From Podarcis erhardii (lineage: Eukaryota), in the NCBI GenBank assembly GCA_964252035.1, contig OZ176215.1: DNA of 64,000 nucleotides. The stretch is one strand, 5' to 3'. Below, piece by piece: positions 39,941 to 52,605 of the stretch. Position 1 is the first letter of the stretch. Each line of letters opens with the position of its first letter. A program made the position numbers and the translations under genes. A model generated the notes under the pieces. The model had not been told where the DNA came from. It did no database searches and worked only from the letters and a program-made list of their open reading frames with translations.

Positions 39941-41925
39941 GAGAGAGAGAGCCTCAACAGGACCCTTGGGTGCCAAACTTTGAACACCTGCTGAAAGCTT
40001 TTCCATTCCTATGCATGCAAAGAAGAATACTTATTTCCACGGTGGTTAATGGATGTCTTTTTTAAAACTTTGTATGTGGCATTGATCATGTGGCTTTGTG
40101 TACTATTCTTGTAAACCGATTTGGTGTTTTTTTTAATAAACATGGACTCCCCGCAAGACCTCAGTGATCAGGCTGCAGTATAAAGGGATCCAGCGGAACC
40201 AAGTTCACAAAGGCCTTCTCAATGAATAATGGACCCTTAAATGTGTCCTGGTCGCATCTGGGCAGGGAGGGCAAGCTTTTAAGCAGCCTCGGACACATGT
40301 TGTGGTGAGAGGTCTGTCCCCATCGGCAGTCTGGCTGCAGCAGCTTGCCCCAACTGGAGTTTGGGGCATGGGCAGCTCCACATGGAGCACATTGAAATAA
40401 CTGAGGTTACCAGGGCTTGAACCACAATGGTGAAGAACAGTCATAACTGGCATACCAGCCATAGCTGGTGAAACCTCCAGTGTGTGCTTTCTACTGCTTC
40501 AGATGGTAGGACCCAAACCAGTGGATTCAAACATCGAGAAAGGAGATTCCGAATGAGCTTTCTGTTCAGCAGTGGAATGGACTCTCTTGGAAGGTGGCCG
40601 ATCCATGGGAGGGTTTTAAACAGTGATCAGATGAGCTGTGATTCTGGCATTGCAGCAGGGTTGGACTAGGTGACTTTTGGGATTCCTTCCACCTCTGTGA
40701 TTCTGGGGCTGTCTGAAATCCTGGAGAGACCCTGCTTGTCAGTGCAGGTGGTACTGAGTTAGATGGACCCACGTTTTTGCAACTGCCTGTATCCTTGCCT
40801 GTATGTTTGCCTTTGAGATGCTGGAAGGGGCAAATGTGCCAGCCACTTTTAGGCCTGTAGCTGCTTGACAGATTGATTAGGACTCAGATGTGTGTCTGCA
40901 TTGGAGGTGGGAGCGAGAACTCCTCATTTGCATGAAATTGGGAGCTTTTTCCGGAAGCAGCTGCCAGCACAGGGTCTGGAGCTGACGTGGTGATGAATGG
41001 CGGCAGAGGGGTGGCATGGGAGGAATAGGAATGCTGCCTCACTCTGATGCCACCTGCAGCCTTTGGCCATGCGGGGAAAGGCATGCAGCGGCCCTGCCTT
41101 CTCCTTGTCACTCTGCATGTTGGGGCCTTATTGCTCACGCCATTGGGCGGCGGGAGGGGGGGAATACTTGCTTTGCCTTGCTGAATAGGTGTTGGTGTGT
41201 ATGTCTGTGTCCTTGCCCATGCCCTGTGGAACAAGGGCACTCTGACATCAAGGGAGCTCTGTTTGCAGCCTAGGGCCAGGGAGAGAGGTGGGGCTGTGTC
41301 CTTTGACCCAGGGGACATGAGGGGCCAGTCCTAGGGACCAAGGGTCATAGCAAGAGAAAGCCCCAGGGCTGGATCCCACCATTCTGCTTTCTTCATTGTC
41401 AGTTCTGGGTCGCTCAGCCGTCTGTGTGTGTGTGTATGTGTGTGTGTGTAACTCTGATCTGTCACACAAGGGTGACAGTGGAGGTTGCTTGCAGGCAAAG
41501 TCAATGCACACTGGGTTCAGCACTCTGATCTGCACTGGATGCGTGCCTGTGGGCAGAAGGGGGCCTTTTCACAATTGCTCACAGCCAACGCGTTTGCCCC
41601 GTAAGAGCCTCCTTTAGCCCAGCCTTGCAAAGGACTGGACTTCAGTCATTCTGTGCAGCCTGCCTGTGTGCACAGGCCAGTGCTAAGCTGCTACAAACTT
41701 CCCTGCCTGATCGCCTGGAGGCAATTGCTTAATCACCACAAGCAACCAGATGAGTGGCTGTTGACAGGCCTGCCTTAGCCTTTCCGTCTAACTTACAGTC
41801 GGGGAAACATTCTCAGCTTCTCAGTGCACGCCTTACTTATTTATTGAACAAATGTGCATCCCACACCTTCGACCACTGGGAGTGTTCCCAGGGCAGTAAA
41901 GTATGGATTCTGCTCTGCTCTGATT

Positions 41926-42135
41926 GGGGAGGAGCATCATAGCTCTCTGGCAGAGTGTGTGCTTTGCAATGCGAAAGGTCTCAAGGGTTCAGTCCACAAC
42001 GGAAGCATCTCCAGGTAGGGCTGTGAATGTCCCAAGCTTGAAGACCTAGAGGGCCGATGCTGCCAGTCAGAGTAGGTAATATTGAGGTACATGGATGAGT
42101 GGCCTGGCTCCCTTCGGAGGAGCTTCCCATGCTTT
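41926..42135 (+). mobile_element. Squam3-like SINE (diverged)
   Basis: Same head, GCATCTCCAGGTAGGGCTG body and GCTTCCCATG tail as the other copies. Confidence 0.7.
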
Positions 42136-42967
42136 GGTGGTTCTTCCTCGACAGATTTCCACCCAAATATCCTGGGCCCGTCTTCTGTCTTCCTCTGGGT
42201 TGTGTGCTGGTCTTGGTGGTTTCCATGCAGAGTTCCTCTCAATCAAATGTGTTGCAATTTCAAGATGGTGGGGCAAGCTTTTTATTGGAGGGAAATTCCT
42301 CCCAGTCTCTGACACCTGGGACAATGAGAAAGGAGGGGGGGGTATTCCTGTTGGGCCCCCAGGCACCCACTCATACCCACTGACCTGCTTTAGGAATCTG
42401 GTCGGTTGGAGGAGAGGCCAGCCGTTGACTCTTGGTTTTGCTTCACTAACCCTTTTCCTTCCTGGAGCAGTTTCCGCTCACGCCTGATTCTTGCCGGCCG
42501 CAAACGCCACACGCCCCCCTCAAGGCTGCCTTGGTTTGCGTGGTTCTCCCCCCCTCCCACTCCCACCCCCACATTTTTATTGTTTTTAACCAGGAAAAAA
42601 AAAGCATTTTCTCTCATTGGGCGATGTGACTGTTTGCCCGAAATGCTTTTTTTTTTTAATCCTCAAAGAAACCAAACTTCTTTTATTTTCTTCCCCTGTT
42701 CCCCTCTTGTTATGATTATTATTATTGCTTTGGTTTTGTCTGGCTCTGTCCGGGATTTTGAGTTTCTTCTCCTCTCTCCTTTCTGTTTGTTTCGGCATCC
42801 GACCCTCAAACCTTCCCCCTTCTCTATCTCCCGGGGGCCTGGATGTCTGTCACAAGTTAAAAAATGCTTTTAAATTGTGGCAAAGAGGGGAAAACCCTCC
42901 TTTTTTCCGTGCGTTTATATGACTCGTCTTTTTCTTTCTTTCTTTTTTTCTTTCCTTCCCCTTCAAG

Positions 42968-42997
42968 GTCCAGCTCACCTGACGCTAAACAGCCAAG
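42968..42997 (+). CDS. NRXN2: Neurexin-2 alpha SS1 cassette B, 30-nt exon, (G)PAHLTLNSQ, phase 1-1
   Basis: Long pyrimidine tract, then TTCAAG|GTCCAGCTCACCTGACGCTAAACAGCCAAG|GTATGG. 9/10 identical to mammalian NRXN2 GPAHLTLNSE (recalled); the NRXN1 paralogue reads GLAHLMMGDQ. Confidence 0.96.
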
Positions 42998-43102
42998 GTA
43001 TGGTCTTAAGTTTCTTTCCACAAATGAGTTTTTTATTTCCTCCTCCTCTTCCTCTCTCCATCTCTCTCTCCTTTGCCATCTCTTTCTCCATCTCCCTCCT
43101 TT

Positions 43103-43133
<31 letters not shown>

Positions 43134-43619
43134 GGTTTTTCTCCTCCGTTCATCTGCTTGAACCATCTTATCATCCCGTGTTGGTTTCTGACATTGCCTC
43201 GATTTCTCGCTTATGCAGCTGGGAAAAGAAAATGTTTTGGTTGTGTTTTATACATGAATGTTTATTAGAAAAGAAAAGGGGAAAAAACATGTTTCGGGGA
43301 GGAAGTCAAACAAACTGCCTTTAATCTTGCGTCGCTGCTACAGAGCTTTGATGAACTGTGTGACTTATGCTGGTGATCTGATTATTACAAGCCCCATGTG
43401 GGGCTTGCTTCATTGATTGCTTCTGATGCATTCTTGGGGATTCATCTGCTAGGGGGCACAAAGTAGCATCCCTCACCCAAAGTGCAGTGGGTCTGGGATG
43501 TGCCAGCTAAAGTGTGGCAGGAATTTGCTGCAGCCGTTACCCAGCCCTCCCCACCCCTTCCACCCTGCTATCTGAACAAGTGTATTGGAAACCACCCAGT
43601 GAAGGGGGTGGGCCAGGGG

Positions 43620-43800
43620 CGTACGAAGGGTGGGGTGGGGGGCGTTCCGCCCCGGGTGCCGCCCTGGGTGGGAGGTGACAAGATGGCCTGCTGCCTCCCC
43701 CCCCCAGCTGTAGAGCAGCTGAGGGTATGGGCTGCCGCGTGAGAGACATCTGTGTGAGCACCACGCATGCGCAGTCAGGCAGTTCGCCCTACCTTGGGTG
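43620..43800. promoter_or_regulatory. Small CpG-rich patch with an NRF1 motif
   Basis: ACGCATGCGCAG at 43763-43774, GC-box-like runs and AAGATGGC (YY1-like). Confidence 0.35.
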
Positions 43801-44224
43801 CCAGAGAGGCTTCCTCTGCCACCCCTCAAGCATTTTGGGGGGGAGCCTGAGAGGAGCCCCTTGTAGGGTCACCCTAGTTTGAAAGAGAGGAGGCTTCTTT
43901 TTGCTCAGCTGAAAGGTGCCAATCGGGCTTGGCACCTCCTAAACTTTGTTGGCTGCCTGGTGGAGTCCAGCAGGGCAGTGCTTTGCTTGTCATTTGCTGC
44001 TTTGGGGAGAACCAGGAGGCTTCTCTCTTTGTCAGCCCCTCACTGATGAGAAAAGAATGGGCCACGCTCATATCCCCATGCACAAGGGGTGCATGGAGGA
44101 GACTGGTTTCAAAAAGGCCAACTCCTCCTCTGCTCTAGAAGTTGTCATCTTTACTCCCATTTTTTTTTAATCAGTGGTGGCCAATAGTAGCTCAAGGCTG
44201 TTGTGTGACCAGCATGCTCTAAAG

Positions 44225-44362
44225 CAGCCTTTCTCAACCTGTGGGTCCCCAGATGATGTTGAACTACAATTCCCATCACCCCTAGCTAGCAAGGCCAGAG
44301 CTCAGGGATGATGGGAGTTGTAGTCCAACAACATCTGGGGACCCACAAGTTGAGAACCACTG
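44225..44362. mobile_element. 138-bp palindromic hAT MITE
   Basis: Same family as the 1192 copy; perfect TSD CTCTAAAG. Confidence 0.92.
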
Positions 44363-46425
44363 CTCTAAAGGGATGGGAAGTGAGAAACCCACAGTTGCCC
44401 TCCAGATGTGGCTGGAGCCCAACTCCCATCATCTTGGACACCATGCTGGTTCGTGGGGTTGATGGGAGTTGGAGTCCAGCAACGTCTGGAGAGCCACATT
44501 TATCTCTCTGAAACAGTGTTGGACTACTCTAGATGGTGTTGGACTACAATTCCCATCATGCACAGCCAGCTTAGCCCAATGGGAAATGTAGTTTGGACTA
44601 TCTAGGGACCCAAGGTTGAATACCAGAGAGGGGCATCTGAACAGTCAACCAGCCATAGTGCTCGCATTAAAGCACTCTTTGCTGGCTGTGGAAAAGCTTG
44701 TTGGTCCTAGGTGGTTAGATTTCTTAAAGAGACACGAGGGTAGGACAGATGAGGAGACAAGCTGCAGTCCATCAAGGAGGTGCCACATTTTTTGTGAGAT
44801 GACCTCTCAGTTCTCAGACTCTGTTCTTTCCCAATCTGGCACGATGCCAGTTTTACCCTTGATCTCTTGCTCTGCTTCTTACGTTGACCCCGTGTGGTTT
44901 GGAGTCAGGGAGCCTCCGAATCAAAGCCAGCCATGTTGTTAAGCTTCAGGGTGGGCTTCACATTCCAAAACGTTAACTGTAATATCAATAAACCATAATG
45001 CAGGTGTGCTAGGAATGAGGGACAGCCCATACCCCCTTCCTTTTGGTAAATGTTTAAAATAAATAGCAACCAAGCCCCAGGAGTGAAATCTGAAAAGCAC
45101 CATGGCTTGGGCCAGGTCTCTAGAGAAGGCGATTCAACGACCTCAGGGCCACCCAGACACATGTCATCCTTAGGCAGAGCCCACGACTGACGCGGCTTGC
45201 CCTGGCTTGAAGCTCCAAGCAGTACTAAGCACCTCAGCCTGGACACCATTTTAATTTCTCACAAAATCCATGGTGACTGTCATTGTTCTTGGGCATTGCG
45301 GAGAATTTGGGTGGTGGCTGCGCCCAGTGTGCAACTGCTGCTCTTGGCAGGGTGTACTGATGAAGAATGGGGTCCACTAGAGGTTTCTTTGACCAAGGCC
45401 ACCTTCAGACCAGGAGTTGACCCTGGAAGCTGCCACCATATCCCTGCACACATATGCCCTCCTTTGAACCACGCTCGACTGAGAGGTGTGATGTCCTGGT
45501 CGGCTTTGGGGATCGGGGTGATGCAGGGATCAACTGGACACCCCTAACATAACGGGATTTAGGGGCCAGAAAAGTCTTGCCAAAAATAGTTTCCTTTTTA
45601 GTACCCTTTAGCTGCCCTTGGGCTGTTCTGTTGAACCACAATGCCCATCACCTTGGCATAGTGATAAACCAGAGTTGCTGGCTTATCATGGTGGCTTGGG
45701 AATGAGCTGTGCACATGGCTGGATCTCTCCTGTTCCTCCCCTCCCAGGGTTTGAACTGGAGGAACAAGCTAGAGAGGGTCAGTTAAGCATGGTTTCCTGT
45801 GGTGCCCCAATTCAGGATCAGGGCTTGTTTCTTCCCAGTGAGCCAGGATCCAGCAGCCAGCAGCAAACCATGTTTCAGGCTGGCAAGAGATTCTGGTTTC
45901 TTGGAAGAGAAACAGACCAGGATCCAAGGTGTGGATGCTGTCTCAAGCCAAGTTTCACAATGGCTCCCTGAATTTGCTCTTGTTCTTACACCAGCAAATG
46001 AGGGGTTGGGGCGCCTGCACTGAATGATGCCCCATAATCCATGATAAACCAGCAATCCTGATTTATTGTATTTTGTGACTTTGATATGACCCATTTTGCA
46101 GGGAGGTATCAAGTTTTTTGTTGTTGTTTGGTTGGTTTTTTTAATTAAATTTATAGACAGCTTCAAAGCATAAAGCCATCACAGTGGTGTGCAGGGTAAA
46201 AACAGAATAAAACACTGAAACACAAGCTCTGAAAGCAGTAGAATCAATTCAACAAGCTCTTAAAACAACAAAAGCATTTAATCAAATATAAAATTGATCT
46301 TCCATAAATGATCAGGTCATACCACAGGGAAAGCCTTCCTGAACAAAAATGTCTTCAGTAGATGCCTAAACTTCATCATACTGTGTGCCTGCCTCACTTC
46401 AGCTAGTAATTGATTCCCAGTTTCT

Positions 46426-46668
46426 NNNNNNNNNNNNNNNNNNNNNNNNNNNNNNNNNNNNNNNNNNNNNNNNNNNNNNNNNNNNNNNNNNNNNNNNNNN
46501 NNNNNNNNNNNNNNNNNNNNNNNNNNNNNNNNNNNNNNNNNNNNNNNNNNNNNNNNNNNNNNNNNNNNNNNNNNNNNNNNNNNNNNNNNNNNNNNNNNNN
46601 NNNNNNNNNNNNNNNNNNNNNNNNNNNNNNNNNNNNNNNNNNNNNNNNNNNNNNNNNNNNNNNNNNNN
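46426..46668. other. Assembly gap (243 N)
   Basis: Run of N, with minus-strand L2-like sequence on the left and plus-strand L2 on the right. Confidence 1.
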
Positions 46669-47470
46669 GGACAGGAGGCAGGCAAGTGTGGAGGACTCCC
46701 TGGTCCTGAATGGGGTAACTGTGCCCCTGAAGGACCAGGTGCGCAGCCTAGGAGTCATTTTGGACTCGCAGTTGTCCATGGAGGCGCAGGTCAATTCTCT
46801 GTCCAGGACAGCTGTTTACCATCTCCCATCTGGTACGCAGGCTGAGACCCCATCTGTCTGCGGAAAGTCTCGCCAGAGTGGTGCATGCTCTAGTTATCTC
46901 TCGCTTGGACTACTGCAATGCGCTCTGTGTGGGGCTACCAGAAACCACAACTAATCCAGAATGCAGCAGCTAGACTGGTGACTGGGAGCGGCCGCCGAGA
47001 CCACATAACACCGGTCTTGAAAGACCTACATTAGCTCCCAGTACGTTTCCGAGCACAATTCAAAGTGTTGCTGCTGACCTTTAAAGCCCTAAACGGCCTC
47101 AGTCCAGTATACCTGAAGGAGCATCTCCACCCACATCGTTCTGCCCGGACACTGAGGTCCAGCACCGAGGACCTTCTGGCAGTTCCCTCGCTGCGAGAAG
47201 CCAAGTTACAGGGAACCAGGCAGAGGGCCCTTCTCGGTGGTGGCACCTGCCCTGTGGAATGCCCTCCCACCAGATGTCAAAGAGAAAAACAACTACCAGA
47301 TTTTTTAGAAGACATCTGAAGGCAGCCCTGTTTAGGGAAGCTTTTAATGTTTGATGGACTATTGTATTTTAATGTTTTGTTGGAAGCTGCCCAGAGTGAC
47401 TGGGGAAATCCAGCCAGATGGGCAGGGTAAAAATAATAAATTATTATTATTATTATTATTGTTATTATTA
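46669..47470 (+). mobile_element. L2 LINE 3' fragment
   Basis: Translates to [29 protein letters not shown] and LLLTFKALNGLSPVYLKEHL, and ends in a (TTA)n tail. Confidence 0.9.
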
Positions 47471-48730
47471 TTGATAGATACACATACATATATACATGCA
47501 CGCGCGCACACACACACACACACACTGAGGCTGCCAGAAAACATACCACTGAAACTTGGTGCAGAATCCTAAGTCTGAAGATGGGATGATGTGTAAGGCC
47601 TCACTGGTCATCTTGGTGCTACCAGGTCAAAGGTGCAAGGTCAAAGGCCTCTGCCACAAGTAGGATACCACCAGGTGCCATGCCCATCCATATATTGGCT
47701 TAATGTGGATGGTGCCCCCCTAGTGCCCCTTTTAATTCCCCCTCATCCGCGTGGTGTTCTGCTCCGGCTACTGCCGCCCCACATATTTTCCTCCCTAAAG
47801 CTGGAGGTTGCCTTTGCTCTGAAAATCCAAATTGGAGAGCTACATCAATTGCATAGGGCACTGTTTTCCAAAGTGTATGTTTCAAAGGCTACACGGCATT
47901 TAAAAAATATATATTTTACTTCATCATACTTATATTTACCTGCAGAAAACAATTCAAAGATAAAACAGTATTATTAAAACTACCCCCAAATTATCTTTTA
48001 CCGAGAAGGGGGATGTTGGTAAGACTAAAGGTGTACGTGATTATTGTAAGTTTGGGAAACAATGGCACAGGGACTCTCCAGAATTAGGGGAGAGAAAGTG
48101 TGGGACAGCAGCAGTTGGAGGGGAACCCCACACAGACATGGAGGAATTAAGGGGCTCACCATCCACATTGAGCCAAGTTATGGATAGCATCCTTTATGCA
48201 GGAAGTCAGCCCTATTGGAGGAAATACAGTATTTCTCTGGATAATAACCAGGTGTGGTTTTGGGTGACTCTCCAGGACAGGGGAGGAGAACACCCTTGGT
48301 CAGGTGTTGTTCTGGCTCCAGCTATTCTCAACCCCAGCCTGCATAGCCAGGGAGCTATAAATGAAGGATATCTGTGGGATCCTGAAGGATGGGGTCTCAG
48401 GAGTGAGCTGCCACCCTGGCACATGTAACTTAGCAGATGGTTGCAATTGTTTTAGATGGATTAACTTTAGTTTTATGTTCGAATGTTTCCTTGTTTGTTT
48501 TCCAAATATGTCAGTGGCCCTGGGATATCTCTCGTGATGGAAATCTCATAAATAGGGTCCTCTTTTGTTGTGTAACAAAGCCAGAGGCTCCCCTCTATAA
48601 CTGTCCTGGCGTTCCAGGGGCACCAGCTGCAGGAGGGCTTGGGGGTTCCTCTGCTGGTGGGCCTTCCCTGGGCAGCAGCGTCAAGCAGCCAAGGAGCCAC
48701 CATTTTAAGTTTTCCTTCATGCCCCAGTGT

Positions 48731-50119
48731 TTTTTTTTTTATATATAAGATATTTATTGAAATTTTCCAGAATAATACATTATAAAACAACAAAAAAGAA
48801 ACAACAAAAATACAAAAAAGAAAAAATATAAAAACAACTAAAAAACACATAAAATTTCCCTTTACCTATTTTCTTTTAACTTATTTTCCGGACCTCCTCA
48901 TACCTCCCTTTCTTATATTCCAATTCAAATTATAAATTCAGCAAATCCTCACCATTAGTTTTTACTTAATTCAAAACCTTATTTTCCATATCTCTTAAAG
49001 CATTACAGCTGGAAACCACTTAATTTCTGTCCAACATCATTCATTAATTTTACAATATTTCTGCAAATAATCTTTAAACTTCTTCCAATCTTCTTCCGCC
49101 GACTCTTTTCCCTGGTCTCGGATTCTGCCAGTCATTTCTGCCAATCCCATATAGTCCATCATCTTCATCTGCCATTCTTCCAGAGTGGGTAGATCTTCTT
49201 GTTGTGACGTGGGGTTTGTGATTTCAGCTCCCTTGACATAATATGCTGGAGACGGTTCTCTAGTAACACTTCTTTATTAAAGCAACAAGACTGAGACTTG
49301 AGGAGGGGAGAGCTACATTTATAGGGACAGGGAACTAGCTAGAAAGGATACATTTTGGAGGGAACAATATCAGGCAATCACAGTCCTGCCTTTTGGAGGA
49401 AACCAATAAGACAGAGGATCCAAATACAGCAGCTTAAATGAACCAATAGTAGCTGTACCCTCTGGAACCAAAAGGCAGTTACTTTACCCTAATGCAAATA
49501 CAGACAATAATAATACAGATATAAAATCCTTTGACTCAATACACAACACTTGTGTCTTCCAATATTTTGCGATGAGTATTCTTGCTGCTGTTGTCGCATA
49601 CATAAAAAAAGTTCTATCCTTCTTTGGCACCAATTGGCCAACCATGCCCAGGAGAAAGGCCTCTGGTTTCTTCAAGAAGGTATATTTAAATACCTTTTTC
49701 ATTTCATTATAAATCATTTCCCAGAAAGCCTTAATCCTTGGGCACATCCACCAAAGGTGAAAGAATGTACCTTCAGTCTCTTTACACTTCCAACATTTGT
49801 TATCGGGCAAGTGATAAATTTTTGCAAGCTTGACTGGGGTCATGTACCACCTGTAAATCATTTTCATAATATTCTCTCTTAAGGCATTACATGCCGTAAA
49901 TTTCATACCGGTGGTCCATAACTGTTCCCAGTCAGCAAACATAATATTATGTCCAACATCCTGTGCCCATTTAATCATAGCAGACTTCACCGTTTCATCC
50001 TGAGTGTTCCATTTCAGCAGCAAGTTATACATCTTTGACAAAACCTTAGTTTTGGGTTCTAACAATTCTGTTTCTAATTTCGATTTTTCCACCTGGAATC
50101 CAATTTTCTTGTCCAGCTC
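48731..50119 (-). mobile_element. Young 5'-truncated L1 of the same family, interrupted by a solo LTR
   Basis: The translated region differs from the 37921 copy at only a handful of about 190 residues. Poly-T at 48731 and a 13-bp TSD CATGCCCCAGTGT at 48718-48730 and 50120-50132. Confidence 0.95.
49200..49548 (-). mobile_element. Solo LTR inserted into the L1
   Basis: TGTTGTG...CACAACA inverted termini and a 5-bp TSD CTTCT/CTTGT (1 mismatch) that restores the L1 sequence AGATCTTGTGTC. TATAAAT and AATAAA lie on the minus strand. Confidence 0.85.
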
Positions 50120-51767
50120 CATGCCCCAGTGTTGCTCAAGGGCATTATGGGAAATTTAAAATGGCAGCTGCCCAAACTTGTCCAACCAGCATTGCAGGGG
50201 AGGCCCAGGGCAAGAGGCTGTCCTGCAGGAGCCCTGCTAGGGGGCTGGGGCTCCAGCAGGCCCCTACCTCACCCCACAAGGATCCTCAAAATTCTAGGCC
50301 CCTGGAGTTGGATATTCTTTTGCTAGGGGTGCTTGTTCCCTCTTTGACCTTGGAAGCGACAGTAAACTAGGTTCAGAGCTGTAGGGTTGGCATGAAGAGA
50401 GGGGGAAAGAGCCACTTCCATGTACAGGGTGTCAGGGTCACATGCGCCACCAGGAGTTTAAAACACTATGATACCGCTTTAAATAGTAATGGCTTCTTCC
50501 CCCAAAGAATCATGGGAACTGTAGTTTGTTATGAGCGCTGATAATTGTTAGGAGTCCCCCTTCATTTCCCTCACAGAGCTCCAATTCCCAGAGTGGTTTA
50601 ACCGTCAATCCCTCTTCACAGGGAACTCTGGGAAACAACAACAACTCTCAGGATTCTTTGCAGGAAGATATTATTCATTTCCCCCCCATTGCATTTATAT
50701 ACTGCCTTCAAAGCCACACAATATGGTTTACAATTTTAAAGTACCACAGCAAATGATAAATAACATTTAAAATGGAGAAGGAGGGACAGTCTGACTGGAG
50801 CAGGTCCTGGTTTTGTCGGGGATGCTCTTCACAATCGATACTAATGATTGGTGTTTAGGGTTTAATTCGGTATTAATAATGATAATAGTAATAATTAGAA
50901 ACAGACAGTGTATTTAAAAACGCAAACAACAACACAGCCGATGAAAAGTTCCCAAAGAAGAAGAGCAGGGCCAATAATAATAATAAAAAAGTGAAACACC
51001 AGATCAGGTAGTTAGCCAGACCTTCAGAACTATGTATTTATTTTTGCTGGTTTTGAAACATCACCAGAATGGAAGCCAAATGAATTTCCTGGGGCAGGGA
51101 ATTTGCGAGCTGTTCCTGGATTGCTGAGGGCGCATGTGTCACTATGTTCTTCCACTCCAGGGATGGGCCATATGACTCAGCAGCCCTTGGGCCCAATTCA
51201 GAAAATCCCCTGTAAGCCATGAGTTCATACATCTGGCGAGATCGATCTGTTCCTCTTCCTGCAGTTTGCTGAACTGGGGGAGGGATGGCAGAAAAGGAGG
51301 GCTTCAGCCCTACCTACTGCTGCCAAAAGGCCATCAACAGACTGTTCTGGAGGGGATGTGGCTCTCAAGAGAAAAAAAATTGTCCATCCCTGCTCTTTTA
51401 CTGTCTGGATAGCTCAGGTTGTCATCAAGGGCAGCCCCGTGAATGCTTGTTTTGAAGCAGTCTAACTTGAAGGTTGTGAAGGAAGGAATGGTGGTTGCTG
51501 GTTTCACAAAGAAAGAGTAGCAGCCACCCTCCTCCAAATTTATTTGAATGCATTTGTGCCCCACTCCCCCAGAGCTCAATGTGACCTTTGTGGCCAACTG
51601 AGATTTTGAATCCAGGTATCCCAAGCCCAGCCCATTCTCCACAATGATAGACAGGTGTCAGGAGCCGTTGAAAAGCATTTCAGTATTCTAGCCCCAGTGC
51701 TAGATGCAGCAGGTTAGGGATGGAGCTCCATGGCAGGTCACCTTCCTGGTATGTAGAAGAGCACACT

Positions 51768-51904
51768 TATAGAATCATAGAATTAGAAGGGGGCACAAGG
51801 GTCATTTAGTCCAACCCCCTGCAAGGTGGGACTCCTTTGCCCAATGTGAGGCTTGAACCCACAACCCAGACATTAAGAGACTCTACCAACTGATCTATCC
51901 CAGC
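51768..51904 (-). mobile_element. Short SINE with a tRNA-Lys(CTT)-like head and CR1 3' tail
   Basis: The reverse strand reads GGGATAGATCAGTTGGTAGAG..TCTCTTAAT..GGGTTGTGGGTTCAAGCCTCACATTGGGC, then TTGCAGGGGGTTGGACTAAATGACC..ATTCTATGATTCTAT. A related fragment lies at 53088-53180. Confidence 0.75.
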
Positions 51905-52605
51905 TGTCAAAACTCCATGGAGTGAAACATAACATTCACCAACATGGATGCCCCCAGAGTGTACTATCCTCTCATTACAGAGCTGTGCTACTGATCTTTT
52001 AAACACCTCTTTCAGACATTTTGTTAAGGATTTGCCTCAGACAGGAGAACCCAGATATATTGATGTTGTGGTCTAATGTTGGGTGGTTTTGGCTAATCTG
52101 CCTTTCAGAATGATTGTTTGCATTTCTGCCATTGTTTGTGTTTAGTTCTGATTGGTGTTGTTGCTTGTATCATCAGGGTGTAGGTGGGCTACCACATTGT
52201 CAAAGGCGGCCATCATGGCCAATGGTCAGGGATGCTGGGACTTGTGGTTCAGCAATAGCCAGAGAGCCACCTTTCCCCTTTGGGGAAACCCAAAGGCAGC
52301 GTATCAGTGCTTTAGCAAGAAAACCCACTGATCATAGAATTGTAGAATTGGAAGGGAGACCAAAGAGTCATTCAGTCCAACCCCCTGCAGTGCAGGAATC
52401 ACATGCTCCTCCCTTGCTGTCTGTTCCTGCCAGCCCAGAGCAGGGACTGGGCCAGTGATCCTCCTGCTACCCCAGCAAGGGAACAGCTCAGCTATCCTGA
52501 GGCCTGGCTGGGGGAAGGGCCGTAGCTCAGAGGTAGAGTATCCGCTTTGCATGTGGAAGGTCCCACGTTGAATCCCTGCTGGCATCTCTCAAGTAGGACT
52601 GGCAG

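Noticed and set aside
42380-43430. First read as a gene promoter or 5'UTR
   Set aside because: Better explained as the splice-regulatory flank of NRXN2 cassette B.
46317-46954. ORFs running through the N gap
   Set aside because: Artefacts of translating N; the flanks are L2.
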